A stretch of 64,000 nt of DNA from the IMG/VR virus record IMGVR_UViG_3300037400_005963, positions 32,001 to 96,000 of that record. One strand, given 5' to 3'. The notes under the pieces are model-generated. The model did no database searches. It was not told where the DNA came from and saw only the letters and a program-made list of their open reading frames with translations. Positions 13,501-21,505 of this stretch are shown one piece after another; position 1 is the first letter of the stretch; every line of letters begins with the position of its first letter. Position numbers and translations under genes: made by a program. This DNA comes from a virus (lineage: Duplodnaviria; Caudoviricetes).

Positions 13501-13816
13501 CCAAGCTATCATTATTTCCTTCGAGCCTTACCCGCATCTGATCCAAGCGACTAAGTTTCTCGACGTCGATGGTTTCTTTCGTACCGGGCAAGTTTAAAAG
13601 GGGATTCTCACCTCCCATAAGTTTTTCCCTACTGGTATCTAGATGAGCTTTTTCTTCCCGATACGAAGGATCCATCATTTGACTCTCAGTTTCAAGCTCA
13701 GTTCTTTCTTCGAGATCTTCTTTTAGTGCACGAAGATATTTCTTTAAAGCACTAATCTCTTCTGGCTTGGTAAACTGATCACAATTCTCAGTATTATTCT
13801 TCTGTTCTTCTGTCAT
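4535..13816 (-). CDS. 3093-aa acidic repeat protein with a C-terminal tube/baseplate-like domain
   Basis: Continuous ORF; several classes of 16-27 aa repeats, then a globular domain and a Lys-rich tail. Confidence 0.6.
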   Translation of the reverse strand: MTEEQKNNTENCDQFTKPEEISALKKYLRALKEDLEERTELETESQMMDPSYREEKAHLDTSREKLMGGENPLLNLPGTKETIDVEKLSRLDQMRVRLEGNNDSLESLSSSIDKIQFLSGEESLTNELIKISGENKESDSLSNNVEKIGGNKESNSLSNNVEKIGGNTKESQKLSSTVEKISAVEKNPTLSDSVEKLNKKTDSEILSNSLEKIRGEKKSDSLSKSIENLKLSGEENVLSEEVDRLSGEEKKVVLTNDLDKIGGVKEKTVLSSEVDKIKNPLEEITLSNTLDKVLKDEKETELGKSLERIHDPFKKPEKLSQTLETVDFKPSGKVDLSSYLDNIIKSEDQTPQKLSSDLEKVDNVENSFNELPKNKEFIENPPKEQSLGKRILNKIRGVEKIDKLNGDKEIVRGTIQETQLNSFLDSPIEMSQNDEVNLSDTLDTIDIPKKDASLGEERQEVPFRHEVEEELSRYRESIKADKGSSLEENKEIIPNTKKSDLELENKISKEGTIENSKQVELDKFLDKSGKLIDTGVKDLDSFVDKPIGDTIDPPLDAASPDFPKGDKKLNLSLGDERVDLNNVDSDIELDKNKISYVIDDSESKLDKSVDSLDIPDSGINSLETVLDGITNVDDDSLTLGLTLDKLRESSEEVSLSDVLDKLDDSEEDLDLDNVLDKIDVDEKTTILPTNLSKDEILNNPREDQLSDEIDKLSLGENPLDLSSYVDSPVESSVQEPEHLRNALESDGHFISDQNPLTDSKIYFDEDGLKYELQEDGYTIYDQKSDTTRKIYFGEEGLLYELQSDGYIVYDQNAGTEEKIFFSEEGLVQSLKDSGFVLNDQYSQSDSKIYLNKEGFVVEIQKDGYIVYDQNSETVEKYEFAEKGLKELLVRDGYILPDQEPNADQKIFYTKEGLRYELQKDGYTIYDQAAGTEEKVLFSEEGLRDTLPEDGYPKKDQDSNTEEKNYLKDEGLRDTLLKDGHAIKDQDSNTEEKFFYTKEGLRYELLDDGYVIYDQETDTEEKIYFSEEGLRDFILSDGKTISDQDPYTLEKLFFHYEGRLRRDRGLRKRLTRLGYIRKDRLPFTEEKDFLNDEKHGGLRKDLSLQGKPGSDKDFNTEEKRYFRREGLIDTLVPDGELEEDRYLTAQKHQVNEKNRLEDSLEKDGLLQSDQDPNTEEKLYLDDNGLNDRGLRKVLPEGGTLLIDLINSVEKSYLEEKGFKTKLNKDGFIEKDSIRTEEKYRLETEKILGDSIPGDGTVISDQRPDTDPKKILNYEISLNDKGLTSSLEKYGKPREDDETTEEKRKYKVNGLSEILPKLGKRSGDRNSTKEKHKLQKGLFRKEFLPEALVLRDQNSHTDLKELLKNSRLPKKLSKDEKVLVDQEPKTREKYILREEGLEKKLRETEKSIKDQNLDTPDKNKLARDELTQEISWDGYIIDQSENSPIKIDLKSGRLRDELDPTGKSISDQNSNTPEKEYFNYEGNGRGLRKELSKEGKIIADQDSNTPEKEFLNYEGRYHDKGLKKKLPEDGYTLKDQEIETQEKRRLKEEGLAKELTSQELSIEDQDSGTEEKKYLRNTGLKTELETDGLITEDQLSDEKQKSQLRHGHLESNLKSDGYILSDQNSNTDQKNFFERDGLRSELELDGHVLEDQNQPSPIKTDLDSGKLRENLETDGLVLEDQSQPSSIKTDLNSGKLRNELELDGLVLEDQSDPSSIKNDLNSGKLRDELESDGIVGEDYTTSPIKDDLNSGKLRDELELDGLIEEDHTTSSIKDDFNSGILRDELASDGLIERDHTSSSIKDDLNSGILRDSLEEDGKTIQTNPEGDAVAIAFDDLARDSESLDEGSSKSLYDELILKRAEEQKQYIRSDQNPDTKIKEDLYERDQLRDYLETGGLIEQDHTTSSIKDDLNSGILRDSLEEDGKTEVDHITSAIKDDLNSGILRDSLEEDGKTVPTAGPEKPQINQLAVILDDLARGAYGELSESQLKSLYDFFLDFRGEAAKERVREDQIRYSVDGTIGKQFDPDHEPLPDAVLGVRRGEVYDKDGNVLDDPDKVESLRHTLEDDGKTVRTVGPEKPGIDQLAVILDDLVRNGDLSVGGLKELFNELLLKRAQQDYQGTISDQNPNTDAKDRLRNEENRDFPLTDLPLEEDGKIRPTIGTDKPQIDPLAVTLDNYARDNGSLTDEQAEQLYNNLLLTRAEQTRDELGRTLGMDKPGVDPLAIILDNFIRDSENFSEEELENLFNYWIQNRANSEISGIPIIDGDADSVAITLDNLRRGKTPLTEEQAKEVFEDLLVKRAEEQIKTGGKLPKSLAPRTEYSVKGPVAGQRSDKTRDYDYYFDPDSEKDLEVLTNAFKARAEHHVQKYSSYLLNYASSKDLGGWGQKLQSLLSKFTSSDLSATQVTRIEEDIKNLAKEYYKGEGKIYTTYSHMPGDLSAMLNANDYLRFIADEVRRGYNALNTKGQFWRTLDNFTGMKEHSVDMILWALIKARDMRDEVLKINRSRLPDSNVTQFSKSAEGDILDNARGLLASTVENATINLNAYFNDGRYVSKPDKSKPFNRPKKRDAEDPWKAQDIYTKTVTDFINERFEKKERPTPPGNDWRNTLGWTDPNMRISKEIDTSNLANKDGTVNLKSILKRSFVEAFNPDVKADLNSEINYFFKDQYMRGTGMWTTLEELTDSGYSEETIMTPSTFNQAIIDSSLMSHPGKYTKFRSLVDDMDDGTVWTLDSNSYWEVTIEPYLGWDNGYCSYLPSVEEMNAKNWIQHNVITSYNRWFPVVDFDLSRAKMNMKSLGIYDGEINFPGGIEFTNELRLTLVDDSYKSFRQFFEKSMYVSVYSSEIHKSQYYGYDNSEKFLGIQETFPDGLFTVENCKIDGKDGSYTIFNARGNKRINDVSYKVSPEIFDRARMIGIPNPNMITAVDKTSPCLALYKNITFRIKIYVFTPQLSTINRYDLLCVLKDMSEERKGSIEGSGDELELSFSIVGENPNPRWDLDRSKFTQEEAAWKNSPPKEEKKPEEKQKKDKKKESQKKDQKKDQKKDQKKPSTKKPSKRDNQTKPKKKETNRYRDSSQKHGGTYRTPPRGKTSKGGLAMD
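4689..4732 (+). repeat. 12-bp tandem repeat (CTTTCTTCTGAT, ~3.5 copies) encoding KKDQ
   Basis: Visible directly in DNA and as QKKDQKKDQKKDQKK. Confidence 0.85.
13319..13415 (+). repeat. 48-bp near-identical tandem duplication within the giant ORF
   Basis: Two copies of ...TCTCTACGTTGTTGGATAGAGAAT.GGATTCCTTATTT, encoding NKES.SLSNNVEKIGG. Confidence 0.8.
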
Positions 13817-14244
13817 GCAAGTGTTTCTATGATACTCATCAAGGTGTAAGCAAAGATAGTATCCGCAGTTTCACTGTAACCCTGTTTTAGGGATATTTTA
13901 AAACGGAATGTTCTCCCTGCTCTCGTATATTGTAATTCATCACCAACTTCTAATGACCCATCGTCTGTTATCGCCTCCAATGAATCTCTATTTCGATTCC
14001 AAACATCCTTCATGTCATTCATGTTTATTAAGAGAGTCGTAGTTAGTTGGTCATAATCATTCTCTAGCGTACTTTCAGAACTATATGAACCTCCAAAGAC
14101 ATTCTTCCATTTCGAGTTATCTTTAGGTCTAAGAACAACGAAATTTGTCCCTATTAAAGCTAATTGGGCCTTAATAGTTCCTAGAGCAGCCTGATAAAAT
14201 TTCCCAGACTTATCTAAAAGCTGAGAGGCCATATTTTCTGCCAT
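13813..14244 (-). CDS. Putative head-closure/head-tail joining protein
   Basis: Size, LEVGDELQY...FRFKI beta pattern and position in the structural module. Confidence 0.4.
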   Translation of the reverse strand: MAENMASQLLDKSGKFYQAALGTIKAQLALIGTNFVVLRPKDNSKWKNVFGGSYSSESTLENDYDQLTTTLLINMNDMKDVWNRNRDSLEAITDDGSLEVGDELQYTRAGRTFRFKISLKQGYSETADTIFAYTLMSIIETLA

Positions 14245-14248
14245 ATTT

Positions 14249-14611
14249 TTATTGAATATCTACTATTGCACAAAAATCCGCCTCATCAATAATAAAATCA
14301 ACTAATTTAACATATTGTGAAAGCGTAAGGGTCCCCATTATCTCGATAGTTCTTACTTTCTTTTTATCGCTTGAGACACCCAATCTAGTTCGAAGAAACC
14401 TAGCTTCACGTCTTAAGAAATCATCTATCCTATAAAGTTCGTCATCCATTTCTTCTGGGATATAGATAGTTGCGTTTTTAAGATCTCCAGTTATTCCAAT
14501 TACATCACTAGGTATCTTATCATAAACTTCATAGTCATCAATTCTTTCTCGATCTAGTTTATCTGTTATCTTATCTAACATAGAAAAGAATTTATTTCTT
14601 AGGACTATCAT
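14249..14611 (-). CDS. Leader-tagged hypothetical protein
   Basis: Starts MIVLRNKFFS. Confidence 0.65.
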   Translation of the reverse strand: MIVLRNKFFSMLDKITDKLDRERIDDYEVYDKIPSDVIGITGDLKNATIYIPEEMDDELYRIDDFLRREARFLRTRLGVSSDKKKVRTIEIMGTLTLSQYVKLVDFIIDEADFCAIVDIQ

Positions 14612-15825
14612 ACTTTATCTTCGTAAATGTTTGGTTTTCCTAATTTTAAAATTTTTCCGAGAAGTATTCTAAATTCCTGGTCATTTTGAATAGCATAAGT
14701 ATACATTTCAACTTTTCCAAATTCAGACTTATTAAAGTACTTAGAAAGATCTTTCATTTTAATTTTTCCACCCTTTAACACAGTAACAATAAATAAACCT
14801 TGTGAAATGGAAATATTAAAATCAGACTTTTTCTCTCCTCTTGTATAATGGAATCCCTCAATAAATCTAAGCCGTTGTAGTGTATCTAAGAGATATTGAT
14901 TATTTATGTCACCCCTAGCACCAAGAATTCCCAACTTCTGAAGATCATTCTTATGTAATCTATCTAACCCCTGAACTATAACTCCCATTGCAGAATAAGG
15001 GATTATGTTTCTCAATTTGTCAGGAGTGAATCTTCCGACTCCTTTTAATACATTGATCAAATCTTGTTTTTCTATTCCTAGACTGTAAGTTTTTTCAACT
15101 TCACCTTCATTAGTAGTTTCATTAATTGATTCCCTAATTCTAGAATCTACTATTGCATTATTATCCAGGAGATTTACTTTAGTTGATAATGTATTAGCTA
15201 GTTCGATAATAAAATTACTTAAAACATATACATTCGTAAATGCAATATCTGCAGCATACGAATTCACACCAGAGTTAATAGTTCTGGATGAATACTCCAT
15301 TCCAAAATATTTTTTGCAATAGTAATCAAGAATTTCATTAACTTTATCTAGCTCACCGGAAGTAAGTCCTAACGTATACATAGTAACTTGATCTCGATGA
15401 ATGGCAATATTTATTTTATACTTAGATACATCTCGATCATTGAAACTAAACCTATCACTTAATTTAGTTCTTTTATCGAAAGTATCACCTACGGTTACAC
15501 CTGCCATTCTAAAAATACCAAACTGTCTGCGAATATTTCTATCAACGTCCTGATATTTAACCGAAGTCATGGGCTTATGTATATGATTTAAGAACATTTT
15601 GTGAACAATTCCTCCAATACTTCCCCATTTTGCGCCAGACCAAGCGCCTTCCATCATAGAGATATCATCACTTTTGTTCAATTTTCCATAAGCTCCTCCA
15701 ATAACGGTGCCTACTAAAGTATCTTTTCCAATTACTTCAAGAGCTCCTGGAACTTTATCCATATCTTTTGGTCCAGTATAGTGTCCTTCCTGAAGTGTAT
15801 ATTCTTTCTGTCTAAATTTTATCAT
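14608..15825 (-). CDS. Leader-tagged two-module protein
   Basis: Starts MIKFRQKEYT; Gly-rich segment; internal EKTYS between modules. Confidence 0.65.
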   Translation of the reverse strand: MIKFRQKEYTLQEGHYTGPKDMDKVPGALEVIGKDTLVGTVIGGAYGKLNKSDDISMMEGAWSGAKWGSIGGIVHKMFLNHIHKPMTSVKYQDVDRNIRRQFGIFRMAGVTVGDTFDKRTKLSDRFSFNDRDVSKYKINIAIHRDQVTMYTLGLTSGELDKVNEILDYYCKKYFGMEYSSRTINSGVNSYAADIAFTNVYVLSNFIIELANTLSTKVNLLDNNAIVDSRIRESINETTNEGEVEKTYSLGIEKQDLINVLKGVGRFTPDKLRNIIPYSAMGVIVQGLDRLHKNDLQKLGILGARGDINNQYLLDTLQRLRFIEGFHYTRGEKKSDFNISISQGLFIVTVLKGGKIKMKDLSKYFNKSEFGKVEMYTYAIQNDQEFRILLGKILKLGKPNIYEDKV

Positions 15826-15830
15826 AATAT

Positions 15831-16385
15831 TTAATTCACCATTATTGACGATAATACGGGAACACCTGCAGATGCACCCAAAAGCATCTTTCCTGCATCT
15901 TCTATAGCCGAAGGTACATTATATCTCCAAAATCTCTTTCCCCTTGAAACTAAAGGACTAGAATTTTCTACAGTTATTGGTGGAGTTTTTAGAGGTTTTC
16001 TGATAAGACTTCCTGCACCCTTAGTCACATTGCTATAAGCAGGAACACTTTTCTTTAATGCATTTTCAACGGGCTTTGCTACAAGTGCAGTTCCTGGAAG
16101 AGGCACAGCTAATCCAGCAGTTGCAATGGGATTTTCAACGACGGTAGCTATGGTATTTCTAGCTGCCTGTTTAGGATCAGTTATAACTAAATTCTTAGCG
16201 TACTTAATCTTATTTTTCTGTTCAATGGTCTTTCTCATTACCCCTACCCTGCTTAAAGCAGTCTTTTCTTTTGAGGCAGGTAAAAATGCATCCTTAATCT
16301 TGGCTCCCAAGTTTCCAATTTGATTTTTCTTAAATAGTAACTTAGTGCCAAGGGAAGAATATTCTTTTTGTCTAAATTTTATCAT
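15831..16385 (-). CDS. Leader-tagged basic protein
   Basis: Starts MIKFRQKEYS. Confidence 0.65.
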   Translation of the reverse strand: MIKFRQKEYSSLGTKLLFKKNQIGNLGAKIKDAFLPASKEKTALSRVGVMRKTIEQKNKIKYAKNLVITDPKQAARNTIATVVENPIATAGLAVPLPGTALVAKPVENALKKSVPAYSNVTKGAGSLIRKPLKTPPITVENSSPLVSRGKRFWRYNVPSAIEDAGKMLLGASAGVPVLSSIMVN

Positions 16386-16400
16386 ACTATAGCAATTAAA

Positions 16401-17201
16401 TTAATATAATAATTCACCGTACCAACCTGATTGAAGTGCATATTGATCACACCTCGCTCTTAATTCTTGGTAAGCTACGTCAACATTCGCTAATACGTCA
16501 ACTGACATATTTGGTAACTGTAACGCAGCCTTAAGTTGTCGAATATAGTCTAGTAGATGAACCATAACTAGATCCATAAAATAATTTCCACGGGCACCAC
16601 CAGTCTCTACATCCATCCAATAAATTGCTCCACGTTCTGAGGCACTATTGAATTTTTTATCTTTTGTAAAATCAGGAACAATGGGACGAGCACAACAACC
16701 TTTAATATAAATATTAGATAACATTGTATTACCTGTTCCCCACATCATACCAAGGTCTCCTACGTAAACATAAGGGGCTTGATAGTCTGTAAAACTGGTA
16801 TATGCATTAGGAAGAGGTGTTGATGCTCCACCATAGTAATTATTTAAATTAGTGGTTACTCCTACATCACCAACTCTCCAAGATGGTAATGATGTTGGGA
16901 GTAAAATAATTTGATGTTCTGAGATAATACAATCAAGGTATAATGTAAAATTGGGTTTAATTTCTGCCCAACCAGGCCTACCATAACAGGTACATAATTG
17001 TGCAGCATTAACCGGCATCTCTAAGATTAGTGGACAGGTTAATTCAAATTCACGAAGCGCTTTTTTGTATATCTCAAGAAGCACCTCATCACCTGTAATT
17101 CCTTCATTTATACTCAAAAAGGAATCTAGTCCGGTAATTCCTAAGAGGGTGCTTCGAATATGGACCTTCTTAGTTAAGTCCGAAAGTGATGTTTTAAGCA
17201 T
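16401..17201 (-). CDS. Putative neck/head-completion protein (T4 gp13-like position)
   Basis: 266 aa directly downstream of the sheath gene; helical termini; call rests mainly on context. Confidence 0.4.
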   Translation of the reverse strand: MLKTSLSDLTKKVHIRSTLLGITGLDSFLSINEGITGDEVLLEIYKKALREFELTCPLILEMPVNAAQLCTCYGRPGWAEIKPNFTLYLDCIISEHQIILLPTSLPSWRVGDVGVTTNLNNYYGGASTPLPNAYTSFTDYQAPYVYVGDLGMMWGTGNTMLSNIYIKGCCARPIVPDFTKDKKFNSASERGAIYWMDVETGGARGNYFMDLVMVHLLDYIRQLKAALQLPNMSVDVLANVDVAYQELRARCDQYALQSGWYGELLY

Positions 17202-17211
17202 ATAATTAAAA

Positions 17212-17251
17212 TAGAGTAGTGCCTAAAGATTGACTCAAAAGACACTACTCT
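17212..17251 (-). terminator. Hairpin after the sheath gene
   Basis: AGAGTAGTG...CACTACTCT inverted repeat. Confidence 0.55.
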
Positions 17252-17271
17252 TTAATATTGATTAAAGTTCT

Positions 17272-20157
17272 TTAAATTTCACCGGTAAACTCCATACCCA
17301 TATCGATAGCATCAGAGTACACGATGATATACTTAAGTGAACGAGCAAAGCGGCACTCAACGAGAACATACATCTTGTTCTGACGTCTTGCCTCATCGTC
17401 GTTTTCATCCAAACCTGAGATAGTAATTCTGTAATCATCTACAGTATACTGCATAGGTTGGATAGTTCTCTTGAACCAATATTTCAAGATATCCTCAGCG
17501 TCTGCATAAGTTACATCATTGATCTTTCTACCAATGAGGGGCTTGAGCAGAGTAGGAATAGCTTTATTAATTCTGATAAAGAGACGAGAGTTACCATCCT
17601 CGTTAAGAATATGATTTTCGCTAGTCATTGTATAGCAGTCATTCATATTCCAAGTCTGGCTCTGAGTATTCCACATAGCGGTATTGATTTGCTTGCTAAG
17701 CAAGAGCTGACGCTGTTTCTTGGTGAACTCAGTAACTGGCTTAGTATAAAGAACTTGACCAGTTGAATTGAAACCAAATACCGAAGCAAACTCACGATCC
17801 ATTGAACGGTTCTTTGCAACTGCCTCCCAATAGATTACACTAGGAGAAGCATAGTACTTGAAGCCAACTGTACCGGTATCGATATCCCAAGGAGCGCTAG
17901 TATAGAGCTTATAAGAATCCTGTGCCAATTTAGATCTGAAGTTAGCAATAGCAAGGTAGTTAGTGCTATTAACAGTAGAAATTGGATAGAAGTAATTCTC
18001 ATTCTTAGCCATATTGCAGAGATAACTTTGGAAATCGAGAGATGTGTTACCGAGATCGGTAAGACCTTCTACAGTGTAGATTTCATCCTCAGTAATTGAG
18101 CTAATTGACTTCTTAAGGTCATCATCCGATACGGTGAGAATATAAGACTTATTTTCTCCCTTAGTTGGTAAGGTAAGATTTGCAAAAATCTGAGCAGTTT
18201 CGTCCTCGACTTTATCATACCATACTGCAACGCCTTCGAAACCATCCTCATTGTATTCAGTTGAGGTCAAAGTATTCCTGAGAACATAAGTACCCTCTTC
18301 TCCAATAGTTCCAAAGCTCTCTACAGTTACTTCAGTTAAATTCTCTACCTCAACCTTGTGATCTGCAGCATTATACTCAGTTTCACTAGACTCAACAACG
18401 GCAGCAGCTGTACCAGCAATTTCTGATACTATATAATAAACTGGATTGTCAGTGCCAACCTTAATTACATAACCTACATGTTCCGCATTAGCATAGGTTT
18501 CTGTTAACGATTCGAGAGAAGTTCCAGCTTCAACAGTAATTTGTTGAGCAGTAACAGCAGTTCCAAATGCTCTTTCGTCAGATTCATCTAAACGATAGGT
18601 AGTTTCTACTGCAGGTACATATTTCCAATACTCGTAATCATCCATGTGGATACTAACATTATCAGGTACGAGTAAAACTTTCTCATACTGGCTACCAATA
18701 TTGGCAGCAATACTTGAAGGAAGTGAATGATTAGCGTCATTCTCGGGAGCACCGTTTACAACATAAACTCCTTCAAGACTATCACCTCTAAAGAAAGTAT
18801 CGCCTGTATACTTCCAACTCGATGCAAATCCCCAGTAATTGAGATCCAGTTCATGGAGATCGTCAGGAAGATTGAGATTGATCATCTTAAGAGCCTCATT
18901 AACTTCTTCTACAGTCATATCACCACGACCGGGGATATTACCGATATTGAAGTATAGAGGATCAGAATCAAGACTAGGATCAAGCACGGCTACCTCATAG
19001 AAATCTCTTTCATAATACTTCTGCTTATCAGCTTCCTCGGCACTCTCAATAATTTGTAAAACCTTAGGAAGTACGCGATAAGGAGACTTACCAGATATTT
19101 CAATAGTAGGTTCAGAGTCTCTTGTAACCACGGCATCGTGATTAAATCTTCTAATTCTTACTTTAAGCTCTGTATTAGAGTTGTAAACGTTAGTAGCATA
19201 GTAGTCAACATTTACAAAGCCTGATGTGCCAGAATAAGCACTTCCATTAAGATCTATGGTCTGCTGATCTACGTTACTTTCCTCTGTCCAATCTAATTCA
19301 GCTGCAGTCATATAAGCAAGGCCGTCATATTTACTACCGGCATTAATTTCTTTTGGAACGTTAAGTATCTTTCTAGTATCACCCTTAATATAGGATGCAT
19401 TCTTGAATCCGCCCTTATCTAAGAAGTTCTCAGCAAGATAAACCTCCTCAAATACAACGCAATTAGCAACGTCACCCGATACTGATTTAGCCTCTGGATT
19501 GGGCTCTTCACCGGGAATATCTACGTAAGCATCTTCATAGAATGAATACTTAGGCGAGAAGAACTTAGAGGTATCATTAAGAGCCTCAACAAGCTCACCT
19601 AAAGTACGTACATAGTAATCGTACTCGGGACCCTTGTCTGAAGTAAGATTACCAATAATACCTACTTCATTAACACTGATCGCCCAACCACGTTCGGGAT
19701 GTTGTGACTGATCATCTAATTCGTCAATAACTAACTTGAAAGAGGGAACTCTCTTAAGAAGTTGACCGTCACGAATAATATAGATATCATCTGTACCACC
19801 AACTACAAGTGGCTTAACATAGCTAAGATCGGCACCCTTAGATGCACGAACAATTAACATGTTGGTTGATCCAGCTAGACGATAAGCATTTAACCACATA
19901 GTAGAGGCTAAAGTTTTGTCCTCGCCTAAATACAGATCATTAAGAGAATTTACATAGTTCTTAGAAAGATCACGGCTAGCATAGGTGTTAAGAAAATCCT
20001 TTTGACTAGTGATCAATACTGGAGTAGTGGGACCTGAATCTGAAATAATAGTAGCACCAATAATTAGGTCTTCCCCAGCAGTAGGAACTATAGTAGCAGT
20101 TTTAATACGCTCATAGACTTTAATATAGGGCTCGAGCGTTTCTTTCCATTGTGCCAT
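17272..20157 (-). CDS. Tail sheath protein
   Basis: N-terminal GPTTPVLITSQKDFLNTY and C-terminal RLFIRINKAI...LIGRKIN...DDYRI...NKMYVLVECRFARSLKYI match contractile sheath termini; large central insertion. Confidence 0.8.
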   Translation of the reverse strand: MAQWKETLEPYIKVYERIKTATIVPTAGEDLIIGATIISDSGPTTPVLITSQKDFLNTYASRDLSKNYVNSLNDLYLGEDKTLASTMWLNAYRLAGSTNMLIVRASKGADLSYVKPLVVGGTDDIYIIRDGQLLKRVPSFKLVIDELDDQSQHPERGWAISVNEVGIIGNLTSDKGPEYDYYVRTLGELVEALNDTSKFFSPKYSFYEDAYVDIPGEEPNPEAKSVSGDVANCVVFEEVYLAENFLDKGGFKNASYIKGDTRKILNVPKEINAGSKYDGLAYMTAAELDWTEESNVDQQTIDLNGSAYSGTSGFVNVDYYATNVYNSNTELKVRIRRFNHDAVVTRDSEPTIEISGKSPYRVLPKVLQIIESAEEADKQKYYERDFYEVAVLDPSLDSDPLYFNIGNIPGRGDMTVEEVNEALKMINLNLPDDLHELDLNYWGFASSWKYTGDTFFRGDSLEGVYVVNGAPENDANHSLPSSIAANIGSQYEKVLLVPDNVSIHMDDYEYWKYVPAVETTYRLDESDERAFGTAVTAQQITVEAGTSLESLTETYANAEHVGYVIKVGTDNPVYYIVSEIAGTAAAVVESSETEYNAADHKVEVENLTEVTVESFGTIGEEGTYVLRNTLTSTEYNEDGFEGVAVWYDKVEDETAQIFANLTLPTKGENKSYILTVSDDDLKKSISSITEDEIYTVEGLTDLGNTSLDFQSYLCNMAKNENYFYPISTVNSTNYLAIANFRSKLAQDSYKLYTSAPWDIDTGTVGFKYYASPSVIYWEAVAKNRSMDREFASVFGFNSTGQVLYTKPVTEFTKKQRQLLLSKQINTAMWNTQSQTWNMNDCYTMTSENHILNEDGNSRLFIRINKAIPTLLKPLIGRKINDVTYADAEDILKYWFKRTIQPMQYTVDDYRITISGLDENDDEARRQNKMYVLVECRFARSLKYIIVYSDAIDMGMEFTGEI

Positions 20158-20188
20158 ATTAAAATTTCCTTTATTTAAAAATATTTAT

Positions 20189-20932
20189 TTAACCTACTTC
20201 TACAATGTAAACAGGGTATTTATTCTCAACGAAGGATTTTATAATTGAGCTAACTTGTTTAACATTCTTAGAAGCATTCTTCTCCGTTGTTATAGTAATC
20301 TCGTTAAATCGATTATTCTGTGTACTAGTTTGAATTCTTCCACCGCTTTGTTTTACTATTTTATTAACTAAGTTCTTGAGATTTTTATCATCTATAGAAT
20401 TTATAACGGTTTGTAATTCTCCACTAGCTGAGGATAATACTATACATACCTTAGTAGGTAGTTCGTTTGCTTTCTTAGGATCAAAAGTATAATCTTGTCC
20501 TTCTTTATAACCTAGATACTTAAGCTCTCGTTCAAGGGGCTTGGTTAATCTTTGATTAGTATGTTTTTGACTCCACTTTTCATTTAATGTTTTAACCATA
20601 CCAACTACTGAACCTAAAGCAGCACCAAGTAAAGTAGTGCCGGCTATAAATAAAAACTTCTGATCACTAGATGTTTTCCTGCCAGGTACTTCATTATAGG
20701 TCTTTTTAATATTTCCTTGCTTATCTGGATTAGTAGTTCCGGTATATACCCTTTTAGTGCTATGTTCGTAAAGAGAATTATATTTTTTTGATCCAGGTAC
20801 AAATTTAGGAACCCTTGAGGGAATCAATTTAGAGGAAGATCCCACTAAACCAATGCCGGCACCCATAGTAGCACCCTTTCTCATATCCTCCAGAATATAA
20901 TTACTAAAATCCTTCTGTCGGAATATAATCAT
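20189..20932 (-). CDS. Leader-tagged protein with Gly-rich hydrophobic segments
   Basis: Starts MIIFRQKDFS; GATMGAGIGLVG and FLFIAGTTLLGAALGSVVG. Confidence 0.65.
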   Translation of the reverse strand: MIIFRQKDFSNYILEDMRKGATMGAGIGLVGSSSKLIPSRVPKFVPGSKKYNSLYEHSTKRVYTGTTNPDKQGNIKKTYNEVPGRKTSSDQKFLFIAGTTLLGAALGSVVGMVKTLNEKWSQKHTNQRLTKPLERELKYLGYKEGQDYTFDPKKANELPTKVCIVLSSASGELQTVINSIDDKNLKNLVNKIVKQSGGRIQTSTQNNRFNEITITTEKNASKNVKQVSSIIKSFVENKYPVYIVEVG

Positions 20933-20946
20933 CGTTTAAAAAATTT

Positions 20947-21486
20947 TTAGAGAGTACTAGTAAAAGTAGCAGTAACAGTTACATTGCTCTCAGGCATTGT
21001 GAACTTATTCTCTGATACAGTAACATCGTTATCACTTGCATCCTTAACTACCCAAGCAGTGAAAGTAAAGTTCTCAGCTGGAGTAGCAGTCAATGTAATT
21101 TCTGTATTCTTAGCTGCACTTTCAGCACTTGCGCTAATAGTACCACCTTCAGCGGGTTGATTTACTGTAATTGTGTAGGTAGTAGGTGTAGTCTCGCCAC
21201 CTTGGTTGCCACCTTCATTACCACCTTCGTTTCCACCTTCAGAAGCATTCTCCTGTGCAGCAGCCTGACCCTTTTGAGTAGTAGTGTCGGGAAGACCTAC
21301 CAAGTCCTCTGCATTGTATGGGAACTTGTCTGGATCCTGTGCATTAAGCATGTCTACAGGAAAATAATCCTCTACAAAAACCTCAGGAGTTGCGAAGAAA
21401 TCGTTAACCTCTACAGTCTCTACTGTAGTCTCTGGAGTAGTGTTCTCTGCTCCACCATTTTCAATGTTATCAATGTTATCAGCCAT
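20947..21486 (-). CDS. Protein with C-terminal InlB B-repeat-like (Ig-like) domain; possible virion surface decoration
   Basis: YTITV...GGTISAS...ITLTATPAENFTFTAW...FTMPESNVTVTATF preceded by an EGGN-repeat linker. Confidence 0.7.
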   Translation of the reverse strand: MADNIDNIENGGAENTTPETTVETVEVNDFFATPEVFVEDYFPVDMLNAQDPDKFPYNAEDLVGLPDTTTQKGQAAAQENASEGGNEGGNEGGNQGGETTPTTYTITVNQPAEGGTISASAESAAKNTEITLTATPAENFTFTAWVVKDASDNDVTVSENKFTMPESNVTVTATFTSTL

Positions 21487-21505
21487 TGTAATAAAAATTT
21501 TAAAT

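Noticed and set aside
4535-13816. Giant ORF as tape measure protein
   Set aside because: Acidic and Pro/Gly-punctuated, without the Ala-rich helical and hydrophobic segments typical of tape measures; not fully excluded.
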